From the NCBI GenBank assembly GCA_046563655.1, contig CM102286.1, positions 372,001-436,000 of the forward strand: a DNA stretch of 64,000 nucleotides, given 5' to 3'. Source of the DNA: Yuukianura sp. NJ FZ-2021 (Eukaryota). The notes below the pieces were generated by a model. That model ran no database searches. It was not told the DNA's origin and saw nothing but the letters and a program-made list of their open reading frames with translations. The position numbers and the translations under genes are program-made. Of this stretch, positions 10,838 through 31,097 are shown one piece after another. The first letter of the stretch is position 1; each line of letters starts with the position of its first letter.

Positions 10838-11580
10838 TTATGAATTTGTTTTTGCTTGGATAGATTCAGCCAAACTCTCTGCAATTTTTTCTCCCACTTC
10901 ATACCCAAATGGAACCGCCGTTAAACCGAACGGTCCAGCGATCAGTATTCCAGCAGTTCCAGCGATTACAGCACCTCCAGTCCTTCCAGCGTCACGCACA
11001 AGTTCATCCAAAGTGTCGCTGAACGCTTCTCCATACTTCCACTCTGTCACTTGATGCTCTGAATTGAAAGTGACCGGCCCTGAACCTTCTCGGCTTTTGT
11101 TCAAACTTTTTCGAACAGTTTCGATGATTTTGTCGGGATTCAGGGCCGTCAGTTCCCTTTTGGCGGCACTTTTAACTTTGTTGTTAATGCGACATTGTCG
11201 TCCTCCAGCGACATCCACCAACTTTGCTTGTCGAATGACACCATCACTCAAGTGAGCCACACAGTTGTTGCCGATGTACAGTCCCCAGTGGTCAAAAGCC
11301 TCCGTTTCAAACTGAATTATGTCCGATTTCTAAAAAAACAACAATTAAAATTTTAAAAAAATTCACTGTTTCAAAAAATGTGCACACTTTTTGGAAAATT
11401 TTGTGCAACCTGTAAACCAGTGAACTCTTCTTGCTCATTTGGAGTTTGATTTTGTGTTTTGAGTAGTTCCTCCCCTGTCATGTATTTTCCAGTTTCTTTC
11501 AAATGATAATTTGCAAGAGTTTGGAGTCCTCGAGAACTATAATTGGTACTCCCTTTGGAAAATCCTTTGACTTTCGACAT
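10838..11580 (-). CDS. LRAT/PLAAT (HRASLS, permuted NlpC/P60) domain protein with Cys-to-Ser catalytic site, 220 aa
   Basis: Exon 1 11580-11410, exon 2 11329-10838, phase 0. H-box SDIIQFETEAFDHWGLYIGNNCVAHL, central CRINNK, NSEHQV in place of NCEHFV, C-terminal hydrophobic Gly-rich segment. Confidence 0.85.
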
Positions 11581-12115
11581 TTTTTGGTTTTAAAGTTTAG
11601 AAAAACTGTTTAGCCTTTGGACAAAATTAGTACTACGCTCAATTCTTCCAAAGTTGCTTATTTTTATTTTAGTAGACTTCAATTTGGCAATTAGTTATTT
11701 TGATTTTCAATTTTTATGAGAAACGGAAGCGACAAATGGATAAAAATTGTTGAGAAAAGTGTTTAAATTTTTAAAAATTTATCTAATCAAGTTTTCTTTT
11801 GATTTCAATTTGCCGATTCTGAAAGGCAAAAAGACTAATCGTGTGTTTCAAATTTATTGCAAAGTGCAATTAAAATGTAATTTGCAGCAAAAGTTAACAA
11901 AAGATTGTTCTTTGATGTTTGAAATGTGAAGTTGTAAGCAAAAGTTGATGAATCAGACTCCCATAAATTTTTATTTTCAAAACAAAATCGAGCAGTTTGT
12001 TTACTACAATTCTTAAAAGTGACATCGCGAGTCAATAAATTAGTAAATACAAATATTTCGATATTATATTTTTTCAAAGAAAAAATGTCTTAAAATATAA
12101 TCAAAATGTGTGTTT

Positions 12116-12957
12116 TTATGCGTTGTCGAAATCGCTGAGCGTGATGAGATTCTTGAAGATGAAATCATCTCCCTTGAATTTCGCAAGAGCTGCAGCATCC
12201 TTCACAAAGTGATTGCAAACTTTAGTAAAGGCGTTGTAGTCCAACATTCCAGAATCTGAGCTCAAAGGTCAATTAATGTTTTTATCATATTTTATTAAAT
12301 TAAATATACATTAATTATATATTAATAATGTGTTATATATTTTAGTACGGTCACTGTCCAGTGAGTCCATGAACTCATCCAGTTCAATTTCATTGATTGG
12401 TTGCCCCATGCGACCAAAAATTGTGAGCATATTTCGGCGGTCAATGACTTCTCTGCCATGATCACCACAGGACGAGTTCCGTCGGAACTCATTTCGCATC
12501 ACTACAAGGCAAAATTTTGAAAAAAAATCAAAATTTCGAAAAAGTAAAACACAGATGTTGTGCTTTTCAAATATTTTCATACTGTTTTTCTTCTGAACTG
12601 CTGTGTCACGATCCTGAAAGCAAATTTTTTCAAAAATTAAAAACGGCAAGACTACTTATTTCCGAAAAAAAGCAAGAGAAAAAATTTCCTTTTTGAAATT
12701 TAATATGAGCTTTTAAAGTTTCTAGTTACCATTAGTTCGTTTTCAAGAATAGATAGCTTCCTAGTAAAAACGTATTTAAAGTTTTTGTGTGGTAGCGGGG
12801 CTGTGTTGATAGTTGCCGTTTTAGCAAAGTACTTGCAAGTATTTTGTGCTTTGAAGTATTTTAGAAGATGTTGTTTGAACAACTGAAGATGCTTTTCAAA
12901 ATCCCTCCTTTTTATACCTGTCTTTTGTCCGGGATTTGGACGCCAATCGGTAAACAA
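12116..12957 (-). CDS. Divergent EF-hand (calmodulin/centrin-like lobe) protein; 5' exons unresolved
   Basis: Spliced ...IDRRNMLTIFGRMGQPINEIELDEFMDSLDSD|HSGMLDYNAFTKVC...DFDNA* gives one EF loop (DSDHSGMLDYNAF) across an intron. Last exon 12255-12116. Start codon not determined. Confidence 0.55.
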
Positions 12958-15640
12958 CTTTTCTATTTTTGTTCATGGTCAAACGGATCCAATCAGGAAA
13001 CACAAATTTTTGCAATCGTCACGCTTTGTTTTCGTTTTTTTTTCAAATTCCAGCGCCAGAGGCCGCAAAATCAGTTCGACGTTGGAAAATTTTGCCAAAA
13101 TTTTGGAACAAAAACAGAACTTTTGCCAATTCCAAAAAGTTGTCAACAAATGAAGAGCCAAGTTTTTTAAGATGCATCGCATATTTTAGCAGTCAACACT
13201 AAATCTATTTTTGAACTTCTGAAAAACCAATGTTATGCTAGGTTAGTTTAAGAAATTAAAAAAAAATGTTTTTGTTTCAAAATTTTTAAACTTTTGAAAA
13301 CATTTTTGGCTAGAACTGAAGTTTTTTGCTTTTGAAGTTCGTATTTATTGACGTTAATAACACGCACACCCTCGCCACTGCAATGCAATGTGTATAATAA
13401 GTTTAACTGTGGAGGAGCTCCCTTGCAAGCATAGGAATATAATTGATGATCACCTAATTACTTAACTAACAAAAGTAATTAATTAACCAAGTAATTAACT
13501 TAACTAAGCAAGTAATTAAACTGTAGTTAAACTAAAGTTAAGTTATGTTGTATCCTATGCTTCAGCCTTTACAAAGTTTGGATGCATTTACAATGTAGTA
13601 ATTCAAAGTAATTCAGAGTAGTTCAAGTAATTAGCGCCTTAATTACTTTCATTAATTAGGGACTTAATTATTTACACAACGGAGGACTGTTTGAGCATAG
13701 CACACACGAGGAGCAGCAGAGGAAATACTTGTGGAGCTAAGCAGTGTCAAAACTCAAAAAAAAGTTCAAAATTTTGAAAAATTTCCAAAATTTTCTTTGT
13801 TCTAAATATGGCTGGAACACTTTCCCTGTTTGAATTTTCAAAACAAAATAATTACTTGTGGCAGTTTAGTCTAAACAGAAATTGGACAAACAAAACCCAG
13901 ATTTTAAATCAAAAATTAAGTTAACAAACTTAGACTTTAACAGAAAACACTTAACACTGAGGTTAATTACTTAAGTAATTAAGTAATTACTTTTAGTTTC
14001 TTGTGTGGGAAAAGTGGAAATGCTCGTTATGTACATTTAATACCCAAAAACACTTCTTTTTTTTACCTGGCTTGATGAGACTAGATAATTTGGACAACAA
14101 TTCTGCAATTTATCCAACACACAAACAAAAACAACAATTTTTAAAGCACACTTAAGGATCTTTGTAATTTTTTGAACAAAAAAGTGTAAACTTAAAACAC
14201 AAAAAGTACAAAGGACAATGAACCGGAGATTACAAAAGTATGAAAACTGAATGTTGAAGAAATAATTTAAGTTTTTGCACCCGATTCTCCAGTTTTAACA
14301 GCGGAAACCACTTTTTTGAAAAAAGTAAAAAGAAAATTGAATCCCATTTTCCGTTTTATAACAATTTTTTTTTCGTTTTTTAAAAAACAGTACGAGACTT
14401 TAACAGCATTAAAAAATTTGTTTCACTCTCAGCATTTAAGTAGAACAGTGTCAAAGTTTATAAATTGAGCAAACGGAACGATTTTCTTTTCCTTTTTTGA
14501 TTTTTTCATAAAATCGCAATCTTTTTTGCAAACACAGTTTTAAGCAATATCGCTTGCAGATTTAGGTAGCGAAGCTAAAAATAGCTTCAAACTAAACTAA
14601 ATCCTTAGCACACACAACTAATTTTCAATTTTGTTTTAAAAAATGTTCACCTTTTCAATTTTGTTTTAAAAAATGTTCAAACAGACACAAAATGAAATCA
14701 TGTGGAAAGTTTAAGGGAAGTTGTGCAGATTTCAACCATGCCTATTCACAGTATTTACAAATTGTTTTAACTTAAAACTTTTAACTTTGTTTTTAACATT
14801 TTCGTTTTAACCGGAACTTGTTGCTAATTCTTTTTTGAGACAGAGATGAATTCGTTGAAACCAAAAATACCGTTTTATGGATATGAGAAGCGGTAAAAAA
14901 AACTTTCAAAAATTCAGATTTCAAAAGTTTTTTTTCAAAATGGCAGCTTTCTAAAGTCTTTACAATTACCTCGTTATAAGATCAACCATTATCATTGTTC
15001 ACTTATTATAAAAACGTTCGTTTAGCAATTCAAGTGTGTCAATTACCCAAAAAAGACCAATTTGGAAATTGCTCTTTTCATACGTTGTAAAGTTTAAGTA
15101 TCAAAAAGTTACGAAATGAAAAAGTCATGAAAAATCGTTGAAAACACAAAAACTTTTAAGTTTTTTTACGAGTTGTGGAAAGTTGAGACGATTGACGTTA
15201 AGATACGCACGATTAAACACTAATTTTAAATTTCTAAATACTTCCGTCCCAAAAAATTTAAAAAGTCTTGTTTTTGAAAACTTAACCGAAAAGTCCCTAA
15301 AACCTTAAAGTGATCAATTTTTTAACTTTTTAACCCCAGTCCGTTTTTCTAAAAACCAACTTAATCCTTACGTTACTTTTTACATAAATTGAGTTCTACG
15401 CAACCTCAATTCAATTAAAAATTTAGTTTAGTAGTAAGTTGTGTAGGTGGTTAATACAAAGTCGTACTTTTTATGCATGCGTTTGTCAATTTTGAAAAAA
15501 AATCGAATGGTACATCCTTCCTCCCTTCTCAGCTTGTAAGCGTGTCACACCAGATTTAAAAAAAAAACGAAAAAACGACGAAGGAAGTCAAAATTTCGAA
15601 GATTTTGAAACACAGAGTTTCATTTTCTTCAGCTCGTCAT

Positions 15641-23002
<7,362 letters not shown>

Positions 23003-26000
23003 TGTCAAGTGGAATAATCTACAGGATGTCTTGATAAGTTAAAGATGAATCACTTCCAAAATATTGTTTACACTGTCCAATTTTAAAATGGCACTCAGCA
23101 CGTCAATTGTCGCCGTTTTTCAGTAGTGAAGAAGAGTCGTGTGTGAATCTGGCTCGAACTGGAAGTCCACAAATCCAACTGAGGATAACCTGGCACAAAA
23201 GTGACAACTTTTAAGTAAACTAGTTTTACTGATTATTTTGCTTACGGCGAATTTACCCATGACGACACTTTCAATTCGCAGATACTTAACACCAATTCTA
23301 TTACTCTCTCGTTCTTCGTAGTAAAGGTGCTACTTCGTAGTAATAAGGTGCTCAGTTACTTATGTGATGAGCCAAAAAGCTTAAGTGGCTTCGTCACCTT
23401 ACTACTACTGTCTGTTACTAAGATGAAAAGCAGTCGGTTACGTTCGAAACCAAAGACAACTCACCCATTACCGACCGACTGAATCATCTCCTCGTCAGTT
23501 AAAATGTTTAGACAAGGTGAAGATAATTAGTCATAACACCTTCACACTATGAACGTGTCATGAAATTCATAGCATGATGATGAAAAGCAGGTCAACTAAC
23601 TCGTTTGGCGGGTCACTTGACATGGGAACAATCGATGTCAAATCGATTTTCAACTTGGTCGGTGTCAAATGTTAAATTGCCCTCACCCCAATCACCGAAA
23701 ATGATCTGGATCCAGGCACATCCTTACACTTTTGGGCGGGTCCCATTCTAATATCCAGTGTCAGTTGTCATGGAAACTAACTTTCTTTGGACTTCCGTTC
23801 AGGCAGTTCAACGACCCTGATGCTGCGCTGCGTAACGCACTGCGTACGGTACACAAAGTATTCGATTCGGAAGTGTGTGCTTTCTTCGTAAAAAAAAAAG
23901 TGGGAGCCTTACCTCATTTTGACATTTAATTTAGAAAAATCCCGGGTCGTGAATACTTGTGTTACCACTGCACTAATCCCAGTGTAAAACTGCCACTTGT
24001 CTAACTACGCTACTAAACTGAGGAGGGATCATGGATGTAACCGATTTGAGCAAATTTAGTATGGAAAAGTGTAAGTGGAAGTTTGCTCTTGTTGGTAGCA
24101 AAATTCGGACTATCCCAGACAGGAGCAGAGGAGGCAAAAGGCACAAATGAATACAAAAACTCCCCTCCCTTCCTCTGCTCCTCTTTTCCTTCAGAGCCAG
24201 GGTAAACGAATACCCAGAAACAAGTGGGCACCGGGTAGTTTGGGATGGGATGGGTTAATTGAAACGAGTGATCCCATAACCTAGCAAAGTAAACTATAAC
24301 ATATAATAGATAACTATCACAGATGTAAATTTAATACAACAAACGTACTGTTTTTTTAATACACACGGTAGATTGGTAGATTGAAAATTTTTCTAGAACT
24401 TTTATCAAAATTTTCAACAACATTACAAAAAAAAATTCTGTTAATTTTCCCCAACATTTCCCGCCCATTTCCAAATCCCGCCAATCCCGACCACCTACCA
24501 CTTCCCCGACCACTTTTGCGCTTTTGCGACCGTCTATTTTACTCGACCACCTACCACTTCCCCGACCACTCACAGTTACGATGCAACCACTTACACGTTT
24601 GCGACCACTTACCGATTTAAAATTTTGCTTCTTGACATTTGCCCCGATTTTTCCCGTAACATAACTTAATGCCCGGAAGGGAGGGTAGAACTGGTGTAGA
24701 TTGTTTGTGAGGAGGGTCTTAACCCTGTGCATTCGCACTATCAAATCGACCACCACGAGATTAGACATATAACACAAGAGCAAGAACCTCATCACATCCG
24801 CACGGACTACTATACTTCATAGGATCCACCCACAACTGACACATCTCAGCTCGGCAAACTTCCACCCGCACCCTATTTCAACTTCATTCAGCTCAAAATA
24901 TCGTTGGGCCACTTTTTAACTTCCATTTCTGTCCGGTAAATCTACAAATACCGGGAGTTTCAACGAGAACTCCGAAAAACAGAACTTCGACAACGTTACT
25001 TCAGCATTTCTTTGAAATTAGCTTTAATATGGCGTAGGTTTGATTTAGTAGAATGAAGATGAAACTAGTTTCCAGCGATCTTTTATTGCACTATCGTTAA
25101 ATTAATAAGCGTTGTTTGCAGTCAGTTTTCGTTTTTTTTTTTAAATTTTCGCACCGAAAAGACGCATGTTGGCCACGATCCAGCTGCTACTCACCCCTCC
25201 ACACCCTCTCATCTTATTATCTTCAGCAAGATTTCCATGCACAGCTATATGCCTCCGTCACTTATGAAAGGACTCACATTTTCCGAATAGCGGGGGAGTA
25301 AAAGTACCGTAATCACACGAATTCGGTTACGGAAGAATTACGGTACTCAGAATAAGAGACACGAAAGATGGAAAGGCGCGAAAGTCATTCTCTAAAAATT
25401 TCAAAAACTCAAGTAGTCTGATAAAATATCACGACACACCTCAGCACCCTAAAATTTTTCAACAGCTGGGCATGATGTATTTGATTTCTCTTAGTTTAAT
25501 TATACTACTAATTTTTTCAATTAATTACTTAATTTGTCTAATTAGTTGTAGTGTTGTTTTAATTCTGTAGCAAAGTAATTACCTTGTACTTGCTTTAACT
25601 TTGTCACTCTTTGTTTCATTTACGTTAATGTCCAGCTCTAATAAAAATGAGGAACGTGATATGTGTGTAGCTTTTTGTGAAACCAAATGACAACTTCTGA
25701 GCAGATGTTTTGCTTGACATTATAGTATTTGAATTGAAACACGTTTGATAGGGTGAGAAATTTGTTAATTAGTTAATTAACTTTTTAATTAAGTTAACGT
25801 TAATTAATTCTGTTCGCCAGTTCTCACTTCAGTTAAGGAACGATGTACTTAAGCAGTTGGGACGATTTCGAAACGGCGGCGGAGCGGCTCTACGTCAGCG
25901 ATCCCGTCAACGTAAGTTTTCAATTTCAAAAAGTAAAATGTTCTTTAACACCTTTGTTCACGTTAATTACAAGAAACGATATGAATTGCCTTACAATCGA

Positions 26001-26620
26001 TTAATTGATTTTGTTTTTGTCACTTGCAGTCTCGTTACAGTATTTCGTACAAACATCACAAGGGTTGCTTTAAGGTCAAGATGACCAATGACATTGTGGT
26101 GAGTTATGTCGATAATTATCTCATTTTAATTAATGAAGAAGATAAAAGTGTTGTGGTTTTTGGAAGAGGTCAAATCCCCTTTTATTTCTAATTTCAGTGT
26201 ATACAGTACAAGACGGAAGTAAGCCAAGACTTGAAGCGAATGGAGAAGTTTCTAAATAACTTAATGCGAGCAATGTCCTCAAAAGACCACTAACTAATCT
26301 CTAATTCAATATTTTTTTAAAGTTTAATTAAATTTTTTCCTCTAAAAATAATTTGAGCTTGAGCACCACTTTTATCATTCGGCAATTTATTGCCTCTTTT
26401 TTGTATTTTCTTGCTCCGTTATGGTCCGCTTTAAGATAGAATCCATTTTCTGAACTTTTGGCGACGTTTTTCTGCTATTTTAACCTTATTTCAATTTGGT
26501 CTGATGTTTTAAGGTAAGTCTTTTGGCAATATTTTTCAAATCTTAGAAAAACAGATTAATCAACTTGTTTCTTTTTCAAGGCCACCCGAGAGATTCGTAA
26601 CGAAATTGGGACAAAAAGTG

Positions 26621-29191
26621 TTATTTTTCTCCACTGCTGGTACTGCTTAGCGTAGAAGTTGAACCCAGCACTCGCTGTGCTGCCAATACAGCATGCGTGG
26701 CAGCCTGTGATTCAAAACCAATCAAGAATCAATTCACTTAAGCTTTTAACGCAAAGATTGTCAATTACTTTGAATTTGCGTCTGGCATTGAACTCTCTGA
26801 TTCTCTCTTGCGTGTGCTTCAGATGAGTATCTTGTGCAGTGTAACCTTTGACCCATGAGTGTTGCAGTGCTTGGGAAGCAGTCGGTCTCTTGTCTGCTTC
26901 AACCGTCATCATCTAAACTCCACAAATTTCAAATTTCAACTCTTTTTCAAAACTGAAATTTTGAAAATTGAATTTTGATCCTGTACTGAATTACCTGGAC
27001 GACAAATTCTCTGGCAGGATTTGAAATTTCGTCCCAGTATGGAGATTCAAATTCATAATCACCTTGGACTATTTTTCTGGTGACTCCTACTTCTCCCTTT
27101 TCATCCCAGAATGGCTCATATCCACACAATCTACAACATGTAATTACTTAATTACTAATTACAAAGTTCAATTACTAAGTAATTACTTTGATTAATTGCT
27201 CAATTAAATATTGTTGATCATTTACAGAATGTAAAGGACGACTCCAAGGCTCCAAATGTCCACTGCAGTACCGTAAGGGTTCTTCAGAATCACTTCAGGC
27301 GCTGAAAGCAAAGCAAAGGTCAAAGGTCAACATTTTAGCATTTTCCTTGTCATTTAGCATTAGATTTTAAGTTTACGAACTTTGGTAAGTTCAACCGCGA
27401 AAATTTTCAGTTTTGACTAAAATTGTTATCTAAACTGACCACAATATCCGATGGTTCCACAAAAAGTTTTCATGACAGTTTCCTCGTCAATGGACTTGGC
27501 AAATCCAAAATCACTGATTTTAATTAGAGAGTCATCCGATAGAGTTTGATAAAGAATATTTTCTGGCTAAAAAGTTAATTAACTTGGATTAATTTAGATT
27601 TATGTTAATTAATTATTCAATTTTTGACTTATTTTGACAGTTTACCTTAATATCTCTGTGAACTATGCCCTTGGCGTGGGAGTACTAAAGGTCAAAGGTC
27701 AAGGTTAACTTTCGAAACATTATTTTCGCACACACTTTATTTTTAAACGCGCTTTGGGCGCGCTTTTTGTACCTCCAGTGCACATAGCACTTGGTATATG
27801 ACTCGTGCCGCCTCCTTTTCGCTGTAATGTCCTTTTTTGACAATTCTGTCGAAAAGTTCTCCTCCGACGGCCAGTTCCAAAACGATGAACACTTCCGTGG
27901 CAGATTCGTAGATTTGGCGCATTTGAATCTACAAAAAATAGCAACATTTAGTTTATCTCCCTTGCAATAAATTAAGTTTTTATCTGGAAGTGTCAAGTAT
28001 AATGCTGGGCATGCGCCTGATTACAATATTTGGATGGTTGAGTTTGAGCAACGCTTCGATTTCAGAATTGATAACCTTCCGTCTCTTCCCTTGACCCTGA
28101 AATAGCAAAAACAGAAACAGATGCGGATTACAAATTCAGGAACTCAGCACCAAACTTATTTCACAATTCCAAATTTTCACATTTCAAAAATGTCACAAAA
28201 ATTCATTTTGAAATTGCATGTAACAGATTTTTCATAGCGTAAATCCCCATTCTTCAAGTAAAGAGAAAAAAAAGGAGGATTTTGAGTTTGAATTTTTTTT
28301 TGTCTTTTTTTTTTGTTAGACTTTGCATTTTTATCTTTCCAAAAAGTTGAATTTCAACTTTGTGTTTCGCTGAATTTCGAGTTTTGACGTACTCAGACTA
28401 AAAATCTCTCACGTCCTTGACTAAAAACGTAGATCGCCTACGTTATAGTTGACTATAAACTTTAGTCGCCTTTGTCATAGACTATAATTTTATAGTCCTT
28501 TTAAAGCCTATGAGCATGAATTTTTATAGTCTTTAATGTGATGCTTTTACACAGGTATTAAGTGGTAAATACGACTGTGATGATAGAGTGGCCTTCAAAA
28601 AAATTTCATAATCATGGTCGTACACTAAACTTTTACGTTCACAGAATGCATAAGTTAACATAACTTCAGTTTACAACTTTAGTTAAGATTAACAACTCAA
28701 GTTACAATCACTTTACACTCATGTTAATCTTAACTGTACTTGTTAATTCCTCCTGGCAATTTCAATTTCAGAATGACACAATTCCAATTTCTAACTGTAA
28801 AAGTAATTTCCAAGCAATAAAACAATTGCCTGCGGCACTAAATTTAATTTAGCACGAAATTTGAAAGTGTTGACATACCTCTTTTTGAATTACTTTACAA
28901 GCCCACTCTGAATTGGTCATCTTATCTATACATCGGTACACGCATGAAGTGACGCCTCTGTTGATTACAAAAGTAAAATTTTACACAGAAGAATTCCTGT
29001 TGTCAACAGAATTTCTGTAGTCCACAGAATTTTTACAGAGTTTTACATTTTTACTCAAATTCTACAGAAATTCCCTAGAGAATTTTTGATTTTCTTAAGC
29101 CTTACTTTCCCATCACCCCGCCAATTGTGTAGTCTTGAAAAAATTCGCGATTCTTTTGTCTTCCTTCGATCCAATAGTCGTTGGGTTCCAT
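26621..29191 (-). CDS. CAMK4: Calcium/calmodulin-dependent protein kinase, CaMKIV-like (10 exons)
   Basis: Spliced MEPNDYWIEG...MGKGVTSCVYRC...WACKVI...LNHPNI|IQMRQIYE...GGELFDRIVKKGHYSEKEAA...VHRDIK|PENILY...SDFGFAK...MKTFCGTIGYCA|PEV...LCGYEPFWDEKG...QALQHSWV...EFNARRKFK|AATHAV...GEK*. Confidence 0.85.
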
Positions 29192-31097
29192 TGGAAATCA
29201 AAGTAGCGCGAAATTTCAAATTTTGAAAAGAAAAGTGAAGTTTTTTGGTTTTGGAAAGTAGGAGGGAGTAACTACGAAAGTTTTCCAGATGGAGGCGACG
29301 ATAGGATTTTTTAGTTAGAAATGAAACCTGCAAAACTGAATTCACTTCACTTTTTTTTACTTGAATTTTGTCGGCACGAACAGACTTTTCGTGTTGAAGT
29401 TTTAGAAAACGTAAACACTATTTTCAAAAGTGGAAATTTTTGCAAATGAGAGGCACTTTTGTTTATTTTACTTAAAATTTTCAACTCAGAAATAAAATCC
29501 AAGGTTATAACTCTCCTAAAATCTTTGTTTGTACAGGCTATTAAACGGTCAATTCAACACTGATGTAAAAATTTTAGACTTTTTTTGAGAACTTTTTTTT
29601 AGAAATGTCCAGAAATGTTGAAAAGTTAAAGTTGAAGTTGTTGTTCGAAGGGCGTGTAAAATGTGAATGAAAACCTAATTTATGACTGTGGCTTTCCTTG
29701 ACTTTGGACAAAAAAGAAGACGAGGCTTTTTGTTATGTACAAAAAAAAAGTTTGAACAAACGGAATTCTGATTACAAACTAGTTTTTTTTGTCTTTGTAG
29801 TTTGTAATTTTGCGCAACTTTTAAAACTTTTGTTGAAGCTTCACAAAAACTTTGTTCTGGACAAGAAAACTCACACGCCTATTTTTTGTTTTTGCAAAAA
29901 TAATAAAGCACCACTAATTTTTGATGAGTTTAGAAAAACCAAAAAAGAGAGTTGAATTTTTGTAAACTTTTTGTGTGGCACAGTCCGTTTGCACTGTTGA
30001 GCAACAAGTGACTTGGAAGTTGATATTTACAAATCCCTAATGGACTTTCGAAACTTCAATATGAAAAAACTCCAAGCAGAAACAAGGTCATCAATAACAA
30101 CACTTAGCAGGCAGCATGAAAGAGGGGCGGAGTTTTACACACAGAACACTTTTCGCAAAATTGCAAAATCGAAGCAGCACGAGAGTTAACTCAAATGTGT
30201 TTGTGACTTTGATGTGTCTTGGATTTAGATAATCACTATAAAAGCAGTAGACGAACAACTAAAGGTTTCACTTTTCGCAAAAACTTCGCAAAATATTTGC
30301 ACATGACGTCAATCCTTTGTGGAATGTTGTCGAATTTACGCTGACGGTGACAACAAAACAACAACAACAAAACAGTAACTCCGGTTTTTTCAATTTGATA
30401 AAAAAAAATGGAGTTCCGGCTGTGCAAAATCGAAATTTCTGAGGTTTTTGCGAATTTCCCGGATTTCAGACTTTCGAATTTCCCGAATTTCAGACTGCAA
30501 ATTTCCTGAATTTCAGAGTTTTTCGCATTTCGTGCGATTTCGTGCGTGGAGTGACTTTGTTCGAAAGGTGACTGAAGTGTTGGTAATTTTTTAGTTTGGT
30601 TTTAGAAAAGAGACGAGAGCTAAAATGAGTTTGTCAACGTCACCCGCCGTTGCCTAGGCAACGCAGGAGCAGCAGCTATCAGTGGCTTTCCCCTCATGGT
30701 TTGGATTTCGTCTAAATTGGAAATAAGCTTTTTCCTGATGTTCCTCTGCGAATGCGATGTCTCAAATGAAGGCGGAAAATGGGCGAGTTAGAACCAGGTT
30801 ACTGATCCAGAAAATTTCGTTAGTCGCTTCTCCTTTGCTTCGAGCAAGGACAAGATTTGGTTTCAACTTTTAGCTGGAAACGGGAACGGGAAAGTTACAA
30901 GGAAAAGAGAAAGTGGAAAGCACAAAGCCAACAACAAACATCATAGCGTCCGAATATAACCCAAAAGGAAGAAAATGCAGTTTTTGTCTCATATATTTTC
31001 CACTGTAGTTTTTTCAATTTTTGGATTTCTTTGAATTTAGATGAATTTAAAATGATAGACAGTGAAATTTATTTTAAAAAAAAAGTTACAAAGAAAT

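Noticed and set aside
14620..14680. Short direct duplications (also ~30430-30540, ~53375-53420, ~58725-58780)
   Set aside because: Ordinary slippage repeats in AT-rich non-coding DNA with no further structure.
24331..24795. 154-aa minus-strand ORF upstream of ena
   Set aside because: Low-complexity sequence, non-ATG start, no recognisable domain or splice support.
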